Shown here: piece by piece, positions 27,892 through 39,461 of the stretch | Layout: each line of letters opens with the position of its first letter | How positions within the stretch are numbered: the first letter of the stretch is position 1 | Assembly: GCF_028368995.1 (NCBI RefSeq) | Contig: NZ_JAQNDL010000001.1 | Span: 3,392,001-3,456,000, forward strand | Direction: 5' to 3' | Length of the DNA: 64,000 bases | DNA from: Nannocystis bainbridge | GTDB taxonomy: Bacteria > Myxococcota_A > Polyangia > Nannocystales > Nannocystaceae | Translations under genes and position numbers: made by a program | The notes under the pieces: model-generated | Database searches by the model: none | What the model was told of the DNA's origin: nothing | Seen by the model: only the letters and a program-made list of their open reading frames with translations

Positions 27892-28140
27892 TCGCTGTCC
27901 GATCAGACATGTCCTAAAAGACATTGTATCCTGCCGCCCGCGGCGCCCCGCTGCGGCGCGCCGTTTCGAGCGACGATCCCCGGCGGTCGCCGCGTAACCA
28001 ACGTGGCAGCAATGTGGGCACAGGTATTGCCTGCACGCCTGCGCTGCGGCCCGGTCCGCTGGCGCCGACGCCCCCGCGGCCGATCTTGCCCGCCCCCGCG
28101 CTCGCAAGCGCGTCGGGGACATGTCCCGAAGGACATATCG
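27892..28140. repeat. Two short GACATGTC arrays upstream of SBP56
   Basis: Cores at 27908/27922 and 28120/28134, each pair 14 bp apart. Confidence 0.7.
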
Positions 28141-28210
28141 ACAGTCCGCGTGCGCGGCGGTCCGTGGCCCTTGACGGGGCCTGGCCGCGCGGGGCAGGCT
28201 GACCGGACAC

Positions 28211-29614
28211 ATGGCCGCTCGCTTTCGTCCCGACCCGACCTTCTATCCGTCGCCGACGATGGCGATGCAGGCCCCGCCGGAGCAGCTCGCCTACGTGGTG
28301 CTGCTCGACCCGACCGGCAAGCAGCGGCCCGACGCGATGGCGGTGGTCGACCTCGACCCGGCCTCGAAGAGCTTCGCCCAGGTGGTCGGCCAGCTCGACA
28401 TGCCGAACATCGGCGACGAGCTGCACCACTTCGGCTGGAACGCCTGCAGCGCGTGCCTGTGCCCGTACGCCCCGCACCCGCACGTCGAGCGCCGCTACCT
28501 CGTGGTCCCTGGCATCAACTCGTCGCGGATCTACATCCTCGACACCCAGCCCGACCCCAAGCGGCCGCACATCGTCCGCACCATCGAGCCCGACGAGGTG
28601 TTCCGCAAGACCGGCTACGCCAGCCCGCACACGACCCACTGCGGGCCCGAGGGCATCTACGTCAGCGCCCTCGGTGCGCCCGACGGCGGCGGCCCGGGCG
28701 GCATCTTCATGCTCGACCACGAGACCTTCGACATCCGCGGCCGCTGGGAGATCGATCGCGGGCCGCAGGAGCTTCACTACGATTTCTGGTGGCACCTCGG
28801 CCACGACACCCTGATCTCGAGCGAGTGGGGCACGCCGAGCATGGTCCGCAACGGCCTCGACGCCGAGGCGCTGCTGGCCGGCAAGTACGGCCACGCGCTG
28901 CACATCTGGGACCTGCGGCGGCGCAAGCACCTCGAGCGGCTCGAGCTCGGCGCCGAGCAGCAGATGGTCCTCGAGCTGCGCCCGGCCCACAACCCGACCC
29001 GCCCTTGGGGCTTCGTCGGCGTGGTCGTCTCGCTCAAGGACCTCTCGGCCTCGATCTGGTTGTGGTTCCTCGAGAACGGCAAGTGGCAGATCAAGAAGGT
29101 CATCGAGATCCCCGCCGAGCCGGCCGACCCGGCCCTGCTGCCGCCGCTGCTCAAGGGCTTCGGCGCCGTGCCCCCGCTCGTCACCGACATCAACCTCTCG
29201 CTCGACGACAAGACCCTCTACGTCTCGTGCTGGGGCACCGGCGAGTTCCTCCAGTACGACGTGTCCGACCCGCACAACCCCAAGAAGACCGGCAGCGTCC
29301 ACCTCGGCGGGATCGTCCGCAAGGCCGCGCACCCGAGCCGGCCCGACCTCGAGCTCGGCGGCGGCCCGCAGATGGTCGAGATCAGCCGCGACGGTCGCCG
29401 GGTCTACTTCACCAATTCGCTGTACGCCCCGTGGGACGCGCAATTCTACCCGGCCGGCTTCGACGGCTGGATGGTCAAGCTCGACATCCCTGAAGGCGGC
29501 AAGGGCATGACGCTCGACCCGAACTTCTTCCTGCAGTTCGAGCCCGGCCTGCGCGGCCACCAGATCCGCCTCCAGGGCGGTGACGCCTCCTCCGACTCCT
29601 ACTGCTACCCATGA
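28211..29614 (+). CDS. SBP56 selenium-binding protein / methanethiol oxidase family
   Basis: DPTFYPSP..AM.AP.E, GDELHHFGWNACS, SSRIY, YDFWW, SSEWG, GGPQM, GGDASSD. Confidence 0.95.
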   Translation: MAARFRPDPTFYPSPTMAMQAPPEQLAYVVLLDPTGKQRPDAMAVVDLDPASKSFAQVVGQLDMPNIGDELHHFGWNACSACLCPYAPHPHVERRYLVVPGINSSRIYILDTQPDPKRPHIVRTIEPDEVFRKTGYASPHTTHCGPEGIYVSALGAPDGGGPGGIFMLDHETFDIRGRWEIDRGPQELHYDFWWHLGHDTLISSEWGTPSMVRNGLDAEALLAGKYGHALHIWDLRRRKHLERLELGAEQQMVLELRPAHNPTRPWGFVGVVVSLKDLSASIWLWFLENGKWQIKKVIEIPAEPADPALLPPLLKGFGAVPPLVTDINLSLDDKTLYVSCWGTGEFLQYDVSDPHNPKKTGSVHLGGIVRKAAHPSRPDLELGGGPQMVEISRDGRRVYFTNSLYAPWDAQFYPAGFDGWMVKLDIPEGGKGMTLDPNFFLQFEPGLRGHQIRLQGGDASSDSYCYP

Positions 29615-30333
29615 GCGACGCACAGGCATGGCTGGCCCTCCTGGGCCTCGGCGCCTTCCACGGCATCAACCCGGGGATGGGCTGGCTGTTCGCGGTGGCG
29701 CTCGGCCTGCAGGAGCAGCGCCGCGCCGCCGTCCTGCGCGCGCTGCTGCCGATCGCTCTCGGCCACGCGCTGTCGATCGCGGTCGTCCTGCTCGTCATCG
29801 GCGTGCTCAAGGACGTCCTGCCCGACGCGTGGGTGCGCTGGCCGGTCGGCCTCGGCCTCACCGGCTTCGGCCTCTACAAGTTGGTCCGCTGCCGTCACCC
29901 GCGATGGGTCGGCATGCGCGTCAGCTCGCTCGACCTGACGTGGTGGAGCTTCTTGATGGCCACCGCCCACGGCGCCGGCCTGATGCTCGCCCCGGTGCTG
30001 CTCGGCTGGCGCGACGGCCCGGCTGTTGAACAGGCTTCAACCCACCACGAGCACATGCATCACGCGGGCCATCACGCGCAGCACGCCGTCGAAGCCGCCG
30101 GCGGTCACGCCGGCCACGCCCAGCACCTCGCGGAGCTGGGCGCCTCGACCCCGCTGCTCGGCCTGGCCGCCACCGGCCTGCACACGCTCGGCTACTTGCT
30201 GGTGATGGGCCTCGTCGCGGTCGTGGTCTACGAGAAGGTCGGCCTGGCGATCCTCCGCAAGGCGTGGTTCAACCTCGACGTGGTGTGGGCCGCGGCGCTC
30301 GTGATCACCGGCATCGTCACGCTGACGCTGTGA
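29611..30333 (+). CDS. SBP56-associated membrane protein with His-rich loop
   Basis: LGAFHGINPGMGWLFAVALG, WSFLMATAHGAGLML, HHEHMHHAGHH, W.NLD..W; ATGA overlap. Confidence 0.85.
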   Translation: MSDAQAWLALLGLGAFHGINPGMGWLFAVALGLQEQRRAAVLRALLPIALGHALSIAVVLLVIGVLKDVLPDAWVRWPVGLGLTGFGLYKLVRCRHPRWVGMRVSSLDLTWWSFLMATAHGAGLMLAPVLLGWRDGPAVEQASTHHEHMHHAGHHAQHAVEAAGGHAGHAQHLAELGASTPLLGLAATGLHTLGYLLVMGLVAVVVYEKVGLAILRKAWFNLDVVWAAALVITGIVTLTL

Positions 30334-30454
30334 TGCGCGCGCCTGCGCCTCAGCCTGCTCGCGCCCGCCGCTGCCCACACGTGTGGAGTCGCGGCGGCGC
30401 GGTCGGGCGGGGTATGATGGCGGCCGCGCGGGGCACCGCGCGAGGAGGATGACA

Positions 30455-31651
30455 ATGGCGATCGACACGGACCTGGCCGCCCGGGTGGCCATGCAGTACG
30501 AGCCCGCGACCTATCGCCGACGCATCGCCGGGCACGACGTCATCATCCACTGTCATCACTACAACGCGCGCCTGCAGCGGACCATCGAGGGCGCGCGCGG
30601 CATCGACGGCAAGGCCATCCTCGTCGGCGCCGCCGAGACCGTGTTCGCCGATCAGCTGGCCCAGGCCATGCGCGCGGGCGACGACGAAGCGCGCCGCTGG
30701 GCCGTCGCCGAGCAGCTCTACCGCCACCTCGGCTTCGGTCGCATCGACCTGTCGCAGATCGCCGCGGGCGTCGTCACCGCCGATTCGTCGCACTTCGTCG
30801 AGGGCTGGCTGGCCGGCCTCGGCGACGCCGCCGGCAGCGTCTGCAGCTTCACCGAGGGCTACCTCCAGGGGGCCGTGCACGCCGTCACCGGCGCCGCCGT
30901 GCGCGTGCGCGAGGTCGAGTGCATGGCCCGCGGCGCCGCGCGCTGCCGCTTCGAGGTCGACCACGGCCCGCGCGAGCCGATCGCCGCCGATCGCAAGGAC
31001 CCGGCGATCGCCGCCCCGCGCGAGCCGGGCGCCGGCTGGCTGCGCTCGCCCAACGTCGACGAGCAGGCCATCATCGACGCCGTCGTCGGCATGCCGATGG
31101 TCGGCGACGACGCCGGCCTCATCCCCGCCTTCAGCGTCTACCTCGCCAACATGCCGGCCGACTTCTACAACCGGATCTGCATCGGCTTCGTCGAGGCCAT
31201 GCGCGGCCTCGGGCGCGACAAGGCCGCCATTCGCTTGCTGGTCTCCGACGCCGAGCACTGCGGCATGAACACCTTCCGCGGCATCATGCACTCGCCCGAG
31301 TGGGACGGCCTCATCGCCCCCATGGTGCGCGACCGGGCCGACGCCCTGCACGCCATCATCGCCATCAGCAACGCGCTCGGCTGGGGCGACTGGCACGTCA
31401 CCGCCCACACCCCGCGCTCGCTCGCGCTCGAGTCGCGCTACGGCTACGAGGCCGTCGGCTACCGCGAGTACCGCGGCCTGGCCGCGACCCCGCAGTGCGC
31501 CATGCTCACCGGCGTCGCCGCCGGCGTCATGGAGCTCGTCTACGGCGAGGGCACCGTCGAGGACCGCTACGGCACCTTCGCCGCCCACGAGGACCGCTGC
31601 GTCAGCTGCGGCGAGCCCTCGTGCAACTTCGCCGTCGAGCAGGTGGAGTAG
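30455..31651 (+). CDS. Tandem V4R-domain protein
   Basis: RBS GAGGAGG; HCHHYN, LGFG, C.F..GY..G, EVECMARGAARCRF; second repeat LGWG...EDRCVSCGEPSCNF. Confidence 0.8.
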   Translation: MAIDTDLAARVAMQYEPATYRRRIAGHDVIIHCHHYNARLQRTIEGARGIDGKAILVGAAETVFADQLAQAMRAGDDEARRWAVAEQLYRHLGFGRIDLSQIAAGVVTADSSHFVEGWLAGLGDAAGSVCSFTEGYLQGAVHAVTGAAVRVREVECMARGAARCRFEVDHGPREPIAADRKDPAIAAPREPGAGWLRSPNVDEQAIIDAVVGMPMVGDDAGLIPAFSVYLANMPADFYNRICIGFVEAMRGLGRDKAAIRLLVSDAEHCGMNTFRGIMHSPEWDGLIAPMVRDRADALHAIIAISNALGWGDWHVTAHTPRSLALESRYGYEAVGYREYRGLAATPQCAMLTGVAAGVMELVYGEGTVEDRYGTFAAHEDRCVSCGEPSCNFAVEQVE

Positions 31652-31659
31652 GCGCCCGC

Positions 31660-31925
31660 ATGCACCGCGAGAAGGTCCCCGCCTGCGTGCATCCGGAGAC
31701 CTACAAGTACTTCCTCGACCGCGACGCCGTCGTCCCGACCTGGCAGCAGCTGGCCGCGCGCTGGGGCGAGCCGCGCCACAACCCCGGCTTCCGCACCATG
31801 GAGATCGCAGCGCCGCGGTTCACCTTGCGCGCCACCGTGCTCGGCAACCCGATTACCGTCCTGCGCAAGCGCGAGTGCACCGCCGACGACCTCGCCGAGC
31901 TGCACGCGCTCCTGGGGTACCGCGA

Positions 31926-31929
<4 letters not shown>
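31660..31929 (+). CDS. Hypothetical protein (89 aa) in the V4R/kinase operon
   Basis: Fills the gap, GGAG RBS, stop overlaps the kinase ATG, GC3-biased codons. Confidence 0.7.
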
Positions 31930-33785
<1,856 letters not shown>

Positions 33786-33854
33786 ACGCCGAGCGGCGCT
33801 GGCCTCGGTGTGCTTCCCCCCTTACACTGGGGTCGGCGCCAGGGACCGTGCACG

Positions 33855-34985
33855 ATGCTCAAGCGGCTCTACATCGACAACTTCAGGACCTTTCAGAACT
33901 TCGAGTGGAGCCCTGGTTCGGTCGCGCTGCTCATCGGCCGCAATGGCACTGGCAAGTCCGCCCTCTTCGAGGTGTTGTACCTCCTGCGCGGCCTCGTGAT
34001 CGACGAGGTCAACCTGTCGCTGGCGATGCCGTCCACCACCCGCACGCGCTGGGATCTGCGCCAGGAGCAGCGCATCGAGCTCGACGTCGCGGGCCCTGAG
34101 GGGCTCTTCAAGTATCGGCTCGTCGTCGAGCACGACAGCAACGACGAGGAGAGCCGCATCGTCAAAGAGACGCTGCACCTCGCGGACAAACCCCTCTTCA
34201 CGTTCAACGAGGGGCAGGTCCAGCTCTACAAGGACGACGGACAGCCTGGCCCCACCTTCGCCGGCAACGTGCGCCGCTCCGGTCTCGGCGCGGTCGTGCC
34301 GGGCAGCTCGAACAAGCTCCTGACCTGGTTCAAGCGGTGGCTCGGCGAGCTCGTCGTCCTGCGCCCGAACCCGGCGCTCATCGAGGGCCGCGCCGAACGG
34401 GAAGATCGCTCGCTCTCGCTGAGTTGTGACAACTTCGCCAGCTGGTATCGCACGATGTGGCAGGAGCGCCCGCAAGAGGTCAACGCCGCGCTCCGCGATT
34501 TGAGCGAGCTCCTCGACGGCTTCACCGGGCTCGCGATCCGCGTCGACGAGCGCAGGATCGGCTGGCTGCGGGCGACCTTCGCCGATCCCGCCGACTCCAA
34601 CCGGCGAAAGAAAGACATTGCGCTCGACTTCGACGAGCTGTCCGACGGACAACGCGCGTTGATCGTGTTGTACGTGGTCCTCCACACCCAGATCGACGGC
34701 GATCGGACCGTCCTTCTCGACGAACCGGACAACTACACCTCGCTGGACGAAGTCCAACCATTCCTGATGGAGGCGCTCTGTCGGGTTCGGGATCGTCCGG
34801 AGGCTCAGCTTTTCATCATCTCGCACAACGCCCAATACATCGACCAACTCGCGCCGGAGGATGGCTTCATCATCTCGCGCGACGGCGGCGGTCCATCGAG
34901 GATCCGCCCGTTCCGATCCGCCGAGGCGCTCGCTCCCTCGGAGATCATCGCCCGCGGTGGCCTCTCGCAGGAGGCCGACGAATGA
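33855..34985 (+). CDS. AAA_21-type ABC ATPase
   Basis: MLKRLYIDNFR, GRNGTGKS, LSDGQR, VLLDEPD, SHN. Confidence 0.88.
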   Translation: MLKRLYIDNFRTFQNFEWSPGSVALLIGRNGTGKSALFEVLYLLRGLVIDEVNLSLAMPSTTRTRWDLRQEQRIELDVAGPEGLFKYRLVVEHDSNDEESRIVKETLHLADKPLFTFNEGQVQLYKDDGQPGPTFAGNVRRSGLGAVVPGSSNKLLTWFKRWLGELVVLRPNPALIEGRAEREDRSLSLSCDNFASWYRTMWQERPQEVNAALRDLSELLDGFTGLAIRVDERRIGWLRATFADPADSNRRKKDIALDFDELSDGQRALIVLYVVLHTQIDGDRTVLLDEPDNYTSLDEVQPFLMEALCRVRDRPEAQLFIISHNAQYIDQLAPEDGFIISRDGGGPSRIRPFRSAEALAPSEIIARGGLSQEADE

Positions 34986-35521
34986 ACCGCAAGCGGACGG
35001 CGGTCATCCTCTGCGAAGACAAGCAGGCGAGCACGCTGCTCTATCAATACCTGAAGCACGAGCGCCGCTTCAAACACGTCATCGTGCTGCCGCTGCCGGC
35101 CGGCGAGGGTTGCGGCTCGCAGTACGTGCGCGAGCGGTTCCCCGGCGAGCTCCGCAAGCAGCGCGACAAGGCGGTCGCCTCCGTCCTCGTCGTCCACACC
35201 GACGCCGACAACCGCACGGTCGCCGAGCGCAAGCAAGAGCTCGCCGCCGCGCTCGCGCGCGAGGAGGTTGCGCCCAGACAGCCAGGTGAGCCGGTCGCCC
35301 TCGTGGTCCCGCGCTGGGAGACCGAAAACTGGCTCCACCACTTCCTCGATCGCCCCGCTGTCACCGAATCCGAGAGGTATCCCAAGTTCAGCGGCGAGGA
35401 GGCCAGAGCCGCGAAACCCACGGTCGCGGCGCTCGTGAGCCTGGTCGACGGCAGCAGCAACGCGCCGAAGAACCTGCCATCCATCGAAGAATCCGCGCTC
35501 GAGCTGCGCCGACTGCCCTGA
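34982..35521 (+). CDS. TOPRIM-like (RloB/DUF4276-type) partner protein
   Basis: ATGA overlap; ILCED, VHTDAD and ETENW motifs. Confidence 0.65.
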   Translation: MNRKRTAVILCEDKQASTLLYQYLKHERRFKHVIVLPLPAGEGCGSQYVRERFPGELRKQRDKAVASVLVVHTDADNRTVAERKQELAAALAREEVAPRQPGEPVALVVPRWETENWLHHFLDRPAVTESERYPKFSGEEARAAKPTVAALVSLVDGSSNAPKNLPSIEESALELRRLP

Positions 35522-35613
35522 GCGCGGAGCCTCGACACCCTGCCCCCTGCTCAGTCCCCCGCAGGATTCGACCATCGTCTTCGGGTCCATCCACACATGT
35601 CCTCGAGGCCATC

Positions 35614-35907
35614 TCACGTCTCGTGCACCCGTCGCCGGCGCTCCCACCATTCGGGCCACGGCAGCAGCACCACCGGCACCAGCGCGATCATCGGGCGGAA
35701 ATCGATGTGCAGCACCCGATCGATCCCGACGTGCATCCCCACCAGCCCCAGCGCCAGCCACGGTCGCAGGCGCGGCAGCGGCACCAGCCGCACCGTCGCC
35801 AGCTCGAGCACCAGCGCCGTCGTCGCCAGCACAGCAGCCACGCGCAGTCCGGTCGCAAACAGCGCCGACTCGCGCGCGAACAGCCCCGCCCAGAACCTGC
35901 CCAGCAC
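35614..35907 (-). pseudogene. Membrane-protein fragment (HTTM-like C-terminus)
   Basis: LELA...PRLRPWL..GL.GMH.GI...L.IDF pattern; in-frame TAG just upstream at 35925-35923. Confidence 0.35.
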
Positions 35908-35985
35908 CGCGCCCAGCCTGGCCTACGCCCGATCGGCGCGGAAGCGCACCCACCTCCTCGCGGTCGCGGTGTTACCCTCCCTGCC

Positions 35986-36477
35986 ATGCCTCGCGCCGCT
36001 CTCGCGCTGGTCCTGCTCCTCCTCGCCTGCAAGCACGGCGGTGCCGGCCTGTCGTCCTCGCGCCCGCCGCCGCCCGAGGTCGCCCCTGCCTTCTTCGCCG
36101 CCGGCTCCAACATCGTGACCTTCGACGACCGGCCCATGGTCGACCAGGCCGCCGCCGAGCTGCAGAAGAACCGCGACCTGCACCTGCTGCTCATCGGCCG
36201 CACCGACTCGCGCGGCAAGGCCGACCAGAACATGGAGCTCGGCCTCCAGCGCGCCCGCGAGATGCGCGAGGCGATCCTCCTCAAGGCCGACGGCAAGCTC
36301 GACCCCGCCCGCGTCCACATCGGCTCGCGCGGCCCGGCCGACCCGACCGGCGACAACAACACCGATGAGGGCCGGGCCGCCAACCGCCGCGTCGAGTTCT
36401 TCTTGTATTACCCCGACGGCACCCCGCTGAAGTCGCGCTTCGCCGACCCGATCATCATCGAGGGCGAGGAGCCCTGA
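35986..36477 (+). CDS. OmpA-family lipoprotein
   Basis: Lipobox LLAC; IGRTDSRG...N..LG..RA; GRAANRRVEF. Confidence 0.9.
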   Translation: MPRAALALVLLLLACKHGGAGLSSSRPPPPEVAPAFFAAGSNIVTFDDRPMVDQAAAELQKNRDLHLLLIGRTDSRGKADQNMELGLQRAREMREAILLKADGKLDPARVHIGSRGPADPTGDNNTDEGRAANRRVEFFLYYPDGTPLKSRFADPIIIEGEEP

Positions 36478-36482
36478 ATCTC

Positions 36483-36548
36483 CGCCTGTCCCCAGGGGCA
36501 TGCCCCGTAGGGCATGCTCCTTCGGACATGCTCCTTCGAGCATGTCCC
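36483..36548. repeat. GACATGTC 14-bp-period array between convergent genes
   Basis: CCTG at 36485, CATG at 36499, 36513, 36527 and 36541. Confidence 0.9.
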
Positions 36549-36564
36549 GAGATTCATCCAAACT

Positions 36565-37434
36565 TCAGAAGAAGATCTGCAGCCCGAGGCTCCAGCCGAT
36601 CGTATAGTCGCGCAGGCGCGTGAACGGCACCTGGAGCGAGCCGACCAGCGAGGCGCGGCGGTGGAAATTGTAAGCCACCGCCATCAGGCCGGTGCCGCGG
36701 GCCGTGCCGAGGTCGCGGTACAGCTCGCCCGCGCGGTTGCCCGGGCAGAACTCGCGGCCGCCCTCTGGCAGCGCGCAAAAGGCCGCCAGGCGGGTGTCGA
36801 GCAGCAGGCCCACGCCGAGGTTGACCTTGCCATTGGCGAGCCGCGCCCCGACCTGGCCGCTCGCGCCGAAGTCGACCGCCACGCCTGCGCGGCGGATGTC
36901 GACCGTCGCGATCGCCAGCACCTGCCAGTACCACGTCATGTACGTGCGCGTGAACACCACGTACGGCGCGACCGCCACGATCGGCCCCGGGTCGACGGTG
37001 AACCGCACCGTGCGCGTCGGCAGCGACGCGTTGAGCCCCGCCGTCAGCACCCGGTGGATCAGCTTGCCCGCGTGCGGCGTGAAGCGCAGCTGCACCCGCG
37101 TATCGCCGTAGCCGACGCGCGTCTCGCCCTGCGTGTCGGCGGCGCGGAACATCAGCAGCGGCGCCTGCAGGGCCATCGACAGCCACGGCCGCGGCGCGTA
37201 CTCGCCGACCACCGACAGCGAGTCCATCGTCCCCGGGTTGAGGCCGAAGCCGGTGTAGACGAACTCGTTGATCAGCAGCAGCCGGGTGTTGGCCCGCCCG
37301 CCGGCGCCGTTGAGGCTGTTGATCGTGCGCACCCCTTCGGACGCGCCGTGGCCGGGCACGTGGTGGGCGCGCGCGGCCGCGGGGGTCAGCGCCAGCGCCG
37401 CTGCCAGCATTCGCGCCGCCAGGCGAGCGCTCAC
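36565..37434 (-). CDS. Putative outer-membrane beta-barrel with N-terminal His motif
   Basis: Signal peptide ARA|HHVPGHG; GYGD motif; amphipathic strands; C-terminal Phe. Confidence 0.65.
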   Translation of the reverse strand: MSARLAARMLAAALALTPAAARAHHVPGHGASEGVRTINSLNGAGGRANTRLLLINEFVYTGFGLNPGTMDSLSVVGEYAPRPWLSMALQAPLLMFRAADTQGETRVGYGDTRVQLRFTPHAGKLIHRVLTAGLNASLPTRTVRFTVDPGPIVAVAPYVVFTRTYMTWYWQVLAIATVDIRRAGVAVDFGASGQVGARLANGKVNLGVGLLLDTRLAAFCALPEGGREFCPGNRAGELYRDLGTARGTGLMAVAYNFHRRASLVGSLQVPFTRLRDYTIGWSLGLQIFF

Positions 37435-37796
37435 CGCTCCCCCTTGATCGCGTGACACTCGACGCACCCGCGGCGGTCCTTGGCCATCCAGTCGGCCACC
37501 AGCGGCGGGCGGACGACCTGGTTCATCTCGACCATGTGGCGCTCGAGCATGGCGGGATCCATCCCGGACATCCGCTTGGCCATGTGCGACTCGAGCTCGT
37601 GGCACTTGAGGCACGACCCGCGCGTCGACTGGGAGCTCATCGCCCCGTGGTGCTCCTCGCGGCGGATGTTGGGGGCGAAGGTGGTGATGCAGCCGGCGCT
37701 CGCGCCCGCCACGGCGGCCACCACGAGGAGGGCAGCGGCGACTCCGCCGAGCCCGCTCGCGCCGGCTGTCTGCCGCTGTCTGCCGCGGGACGTCAC
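37431..37796 (-). CDS. Small diheme cytochrome c lipoprotein
   Basis: SAGC lipobox; CLKCH and CVECH; stop overlaps the downstream GTG. Confidence 0.75.
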   Translation of the reverse strand: MTSRGRQRQTAGASGLGGVAAALLVVAAVAGASAGCITTFAPNIRREEHHGAMSSQSTRGSCLKCHELESHMAKRMSGMDPAMLERHMVEMNQVVRPPLVADWMAKDRRGCVECHAIKGER

Positions 37797-37955
37797 TCTC
37801 GCCGTGTAACCGATCCAGCGCCCGCACGGCGCCATCGCGGCGGGCAAACGGGGCTCCTGCGACATCGGGTCGCATCGCCCGCGCCCGCCGCCGCGTGCGA
37901 CAGGCCGACGCATGTACAGGTCCGCCAGATCGCGCCTATGGTGTCGATCCTCGCC

Positions 37956-38336
37956 ATGACCCGCGCCGCCCGCCCGTTCTCCGCCCTGCTGTCCGTCCTG
38001 CTCCTTTCGGCCGCGGCCGGGTGCACCAGCCAGAGCAACATCGGCAACCCGTGCGACAAGGCCGAGCAGTGCGGCGACGGCCTGATCTGCGACTTCCACG
38101 ACGGCAAGGGCACCTGCCAGGAGCCGCACGGCCACGGCACCGATGGCGAGACCGCCGACACCGCCGACACCGACGACCACTCGCACGAGACCGACGATCA
38201 CTCGCACGAGACCGACGACCACTCGACGGACAGCACGAGCTCCGGCACCGGCCCGACCGAGGCCACCACCGAGCACGGCGAGACCGAGCACGACCACACC
38301 GGCACGACCGCCGACACCACGACCTCGACCGGTTGA
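37956..38336 (+). CDS. His/Asp-rich lipoprotein
   Basis: Lipobox AAGC; small Cys domain; repeats DDHSHET. Confidence 0.75.
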   Translation: MTRAARPFSALLSVLLLSAAAGCTSQSNIGNPCDKAEQCGDGLICDFHDGKGTCQEPHGHGTDGETADTADTDDHSHETDDHSHETDDHSTDSTSSGTGPTEATTEHGETEHDHTGTTADTTTSTG

Positions 38337-38385
38337 TCTTGCCCTGAAGGACATGTCCTCAAAGACATGTCCTTCAGCTCATGCT
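38336..38385. repeat. GACATGTC 14-bp-period array
   Basis: CTTG at 38338, CATG at 38352, 38366 and 38380. Confidence 0.85.
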
Positions 38386-38531
38386 GATCCTCGCGCCCGG
38401 CGTTCCGGTGCCGCCAGAGCGGCGCGACCCGACGGTGCGCGACCCGTCCTGCCGCCGCAGTCGCATCTGCCATGCGCCGGGGCTCGCGCGAAGATCGCGG
38501 CGGTCACCGATCCACGGTATGCTGCGGATCC

Positions 38532-39347
38532 GTGCCGTCCGTCCGCGCCCTCGCTCTCGGCCTCCTCGCCGCGCTCTGCCTCGCCGCGCCTGCCCGCGCC
38601 CACGACTACTGGCTCGAGTTCTCGCCGCTGACGCCCGTGCCCGGGCACGCGCTCGCGCTCAGCCTGTGGGTCGGCGAGGACTTCACCGCCGAGGCGCAGA
38701 AGGCCATGGAGCGGCGGCGGCTGGTCTCGCTGCGGCAGGTCACCGCCCTCGGTGAGCTCGACCTGCTGGCCCAGGCGCGCGACGGCGCCACCCCGTTCCT
38801 CGATCTGCGGCTCGGCGGCGAGGGCGGCTACCTGTTCGGCCTCGAGCGCGACGCCTCGCGCATCGAGCTGAAGCCGCTCAAGTTCAACCGCTACCTCCGC
38901 CACGAGGGCTTCGCCGCCGCCTTCACCGCGCGCAAGCGGGCCGGCGAGCGCTGGCGGCCCGGGCGCGAGCGATACACCCGCTACCTCAAGAGCTTCGTGC
39001 GCGTCGGCGACCCGATCGACGGCGTCTCGACCCGCGTCCTCGGCCACCGCCTCGAGCTCGTCCCCGAGCGCGACCTCGCCGGCCTGCGCCCCGGCGATCG
39101 GCTCGGCGTGCAGCTGCGCTTCGACGGCGCCCCGCTGGCCGGCGCCCGGGTCGAGGCGTTCGCCCGCGATCCCGGCGGCCGGATCGCCGACCAGGCCGCC
39201 ACCACCGACGCCGCCGGCCGCGTCAGCTTCGAGGTGACCGCCGCCGGCCCCTGCCTGCTGCGCGCCGTCCACATGCAGCGCTGCGCCGGCTGCGAGGACG
39301 CCGACTGGGAGAGCTTCTGGAGCTCCTACGGCTTCGCCGTCCGCTGA
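38532..39347 (+). CDS. DUF4198 (NikM-like) periplasmic protein
   Basis: ARA|HDYWLE, FNRYL.HEG, RERYTRYLKS, LELVP, FDGAPL, TTDAAG, DWESFWSS. Confidence 0.88.
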   Translation: MPSVRALALGLLAALCLAAPARAHDYWLEFSPLTPVPGHALALSLWVGEDFTAEAQKAMERRRLVSLRQVTALGELDLLAQARDGATPFLDLRLGGEGGYLFGLERDASRIELKPLKFNRYLRHEGFAAAFTARKRAGERWRPGRERYTRYLKSFVRVGDPIDGVSTRVLGHRLELVPERDLAGLRPGDRLGVQLRFDGAPLAGARVEAFARDPGGRIADQAATTDAAGRVSFEVTAAGPCLLRAVHMQRCAGCEDADWESFWSSYGFAVR

Positions 39348-39364
39348 GCGGCGCCTCACCTCGC

Positions 39365-39444
39365 GCCATGTCTACACGGACATGTCGTGGGGGACATGCC
39401 GCCGTGAACATGTCGCCGGGGACATGCCCCGAAGGACATGTCCC
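39365..39444. repeat. GACATGTC 14-bp-period array (six intact CATG cores)
   Basis: CATG at 39367, 39381, 39395, 39409, 39423 and 39437. Confidence 0.92.
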
Positions 39445-39461
39445 CATGGCAAGGCCCGCGC

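Noticed and set aside
39365-39444. CATG arrays as CRISPR arrays
   Set aside because: The unit is only 14 bp (8-bp core plus 6-bp spacer), far shorter than CRISPR repeats and spacers, and no cas genes are present.
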